From a virus (taxonomy: Duplodnaviria > Caudoviricetes): a stretch of DNA of 26,990 nt. Below are positions 25,844-26,990 of this stretch, piece after piece. Under the pieces are notes generated by a model, which saw only the letters and a program-made list of their open reading frames with translations, was not told the origin of the DNA and made no database searches. The stretch spans positions 1 through 26,990 of the IMG/VR virus record IMGVR_UViG_3300037751_000077; one strand, 5' to 3'. The position numbers and the translations under genes were made by a program. Positions within the stretch are counted from its first letter, which is position 1. Every line of letters begins with the position of its first letter.

Positions 25844-25852
25844 TGCTATAAT
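25844..25852 (+). promoter_or_regulatory. Extended -10 promoter of the HNH-AP2 cassette
   Basis: TGCTATAAT. Confidence 0.7.
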
Positions 25853-25856
25853 GCCA

Positions 25857-25934
25857 GTGTAGAAAGTTTTGCTGAGGTCGGTGCTACACCCTCCAAGGCT
25901 TGCCGACTTCATCAAAATTTTATGCCTTGGAGGG
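25857..25934 (+). promoter_or_regulatory. Structured RNA leader able to sequester the RBS
   Basis: Long stem 25863-25883/25901-25921; 11-bp CCCTCCAAGGC/GCCTTGGAGGG covering the GGAGG RBS; GTGTAG/CTACAC. Confidence 0.75.
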
Positions 25935-25939
25935 CCTCA

Positions 25940-26590
25940 ATGTTAAACAATCAAGAATTTAAAGTACCAGTATTAATAGAAGATTTGGGGATGTTATACC
26001 CTACTAAAAAATCTAATTACAAAAAAAGACATGGGATATACTTATGTGCGTGTGGTAAAGAATTTAAATGTGATACAAGTCACATCAATAGTGGACACAC
26101 TAAAACATGTGGATGCTCTAAGAATATGCACGGATTGACCAATCATGTATTATCAAGCACGTGGTATTCAATGATAGAAAGATGTAACAACAAAAATAGC
26201 AAATCATATAAATTATATGGGGCTAAAGGCGTGGCCGTATGCGAAGAATGGATGAATATAGAAAACTTTATAAAAGACATGTCCCTCTCTTATAAAAAAT
26301 GTCTTTCATTAGACAGAATTAATCCATATGGAAACTATGAAAAACATAATTGCAGATGGGCTAGTCAAACAATTCAAAATAGAAACACTAGATTGATACA
26401 AAGGAATAACACTACTGGTTTCAGGGGTGTTGGTAAATTTAAGGAAAAATTTAGAGCTTATATTTCCATAAATTACAAACAAATTCATTTAGGATATTTT
26501 TCAACTGCAATTGATGCCGCAAAAGCATACGACACTTACGTCATTGCAAATAACTTAGAGCATACGATTAACGGTGTACTAAATGATTAA
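25940..26590 (+). CDS. HNH-type endonuclease with C-terminal AP2 DNA-binding domain
   Basis: CACG and TCGC Zn-like motifs, WYSMIERC, SLDRINPYGNYEKHNCRWA...QNRN, then NTTGFRGV...HLGYFSTAIDAAKAYD (AP2); GGAGG RBS before ATG 25940. Confidence 0.85.
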   Translation: MLNNQEFKVPVLIEDLGMLYPTKKSNYKKRHGIYLCACGKEFKCDTSHINSGHTKTCGCSKNMHGLTNHVLSSTWYSMIERCNNKNSKSYKLYGAKGVAVCEEWMNIENFIKDMSLSYKKCLSLDRINPYGNYEKHNCRWASQTIQNRNTRLIQRNNTTGFRGVGKFKEKFRAYISINYKQIHLGYFSTAIDAAKAYDTYVIANNLEHTINGVLND

Positions 26591-26990
26591 TATAATTCAG
26601 ACTGGGTCTAGTGGGAACGCTATTATTTTTGATAGGTGTATTATGATAGATGCGGGAATAACACTTAAAACGCTCAAAGATGCAATAAATATAAGCGATA
26701 TAAAAGTGGTACTAATGACACATATTCATTCGGATCATTTTAAATCAGCCTTGATTCGTTCTTTATTTGCGCAAACAGATTGTATTTTTTATGTAGGTGA
26801 ATTTTTAGTAAAAGAAATTAAAAAAGTGGGGGTAGAGGATGATAGGATTATAATTTGTGAGGCGGGTAATATTTACAAGTTCGGTGATTATAATTTTTGC
26901 CCAGTAATTCTATTCCATGATGTTCCTAATTTTGGATGGAGGATAAAAAAAGGCAATTATTTACACTTCCATGCTACCGATACCTTCACG
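26583..26990 (+). CDS. Metallo-beta-lactamase-fold hydrolase (probable nuclease), 3'-truncated by the window (not in the ORF track)
   Basis: MINIIQTGSSGNA...IDAG...THIHSDH...HDVPN...ATDT; HxHxDH motif. Confidence 0.9.
   Translation, partial: MINIIQTGSSGNAIIFDRCIMIDAGITLKTLKDAINISDIKVVLMTHIHSDHFKSALIRSLFAQTDCIFYVGEFLVKEIKKVGVEDDRIIICEAGNIYKFGDYNFCPVILFHDVPNFGWRIKKGNYLHFHATDTFT

Larger units (their letters stand above)
25820..26600 (+). mobile_element. Free-standing homing-endonuclease cassette (promoter, structured leader, HNH-AP2 gene)
   Basis: Interrupts bet-MBL linkage; ATTCAG at both borders (25814-25819 and 26595-26600); coding part is AT-rich. Confidence 0.55.

Noticed and set aside
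25820-26600. Group I intron or hammerhead ribozyme around the HNH gene
   Set aside because: No room for a group I catalytic core, splice-site U/G rules are not met at the ATTCAG borders, and there is no CUGANGA core in the right order with GAAA
1-26990. Stop-codon reassignment (alternative genetic code)
   Set aside because: Core genes are full length in code 11 and end in TAA, TGA and TAG with tight couplings; the TAA at 21767 is an isolated case
1-26990. Assignment as temperate or virulent
   Set aside because: No integrase, att site, CI-like repressor or host flank lies in the window

Overview
The whole window is part of a tailed phage or prophage genome with a contractile tail (myovirus type), almost all on the + strand. 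Order: end of a YopX-like gene; terminase small and large subunits; DUF1073-type portal; MuF-like head protein; protease/scaffold, decoration and major capsid proteins; neck proteins; sheath and tube; tail chaperone pair made by a GGGAAAG -1 frameshift; tape measure; Mu/P2-like baseplate; beta-helix tailspike; lysis cassette (holin, two spanins, M15 endolysin); then an early/recombination module (small ORFs, DUF1351-like, Bet/RecT, HNH-AP2 endonuclease, MBL-fold hydrolase running off the end). Spanins imply a Gram-negative host. Many extended -10 boxes (TGnTATAAT) without clear -35 boxes and AAGGA-type RBSs suggest Campylobacterota (inference only). Two accessory islands interrupt the structural operon (4899-5740, minus strand; about 11745-12650). 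The best unexplained signals are (i) a promoter-driven ~75-nt non-coding unit after the endolysin that carries tandem anti-Shine-Dalgarno motifs resembling the 16S rRNA 3' tail, and (ii) a highly structured two-state RNA leader that can hide the RBS of the HNH-AP2 endonuclease, in an element that appears inserted into the 5' end of the MBL gene. No integrase, repressor, tRNA, CRISPR array or reverse transcriptase was seen. All family calls come from motif recall and synteny, not database searches.
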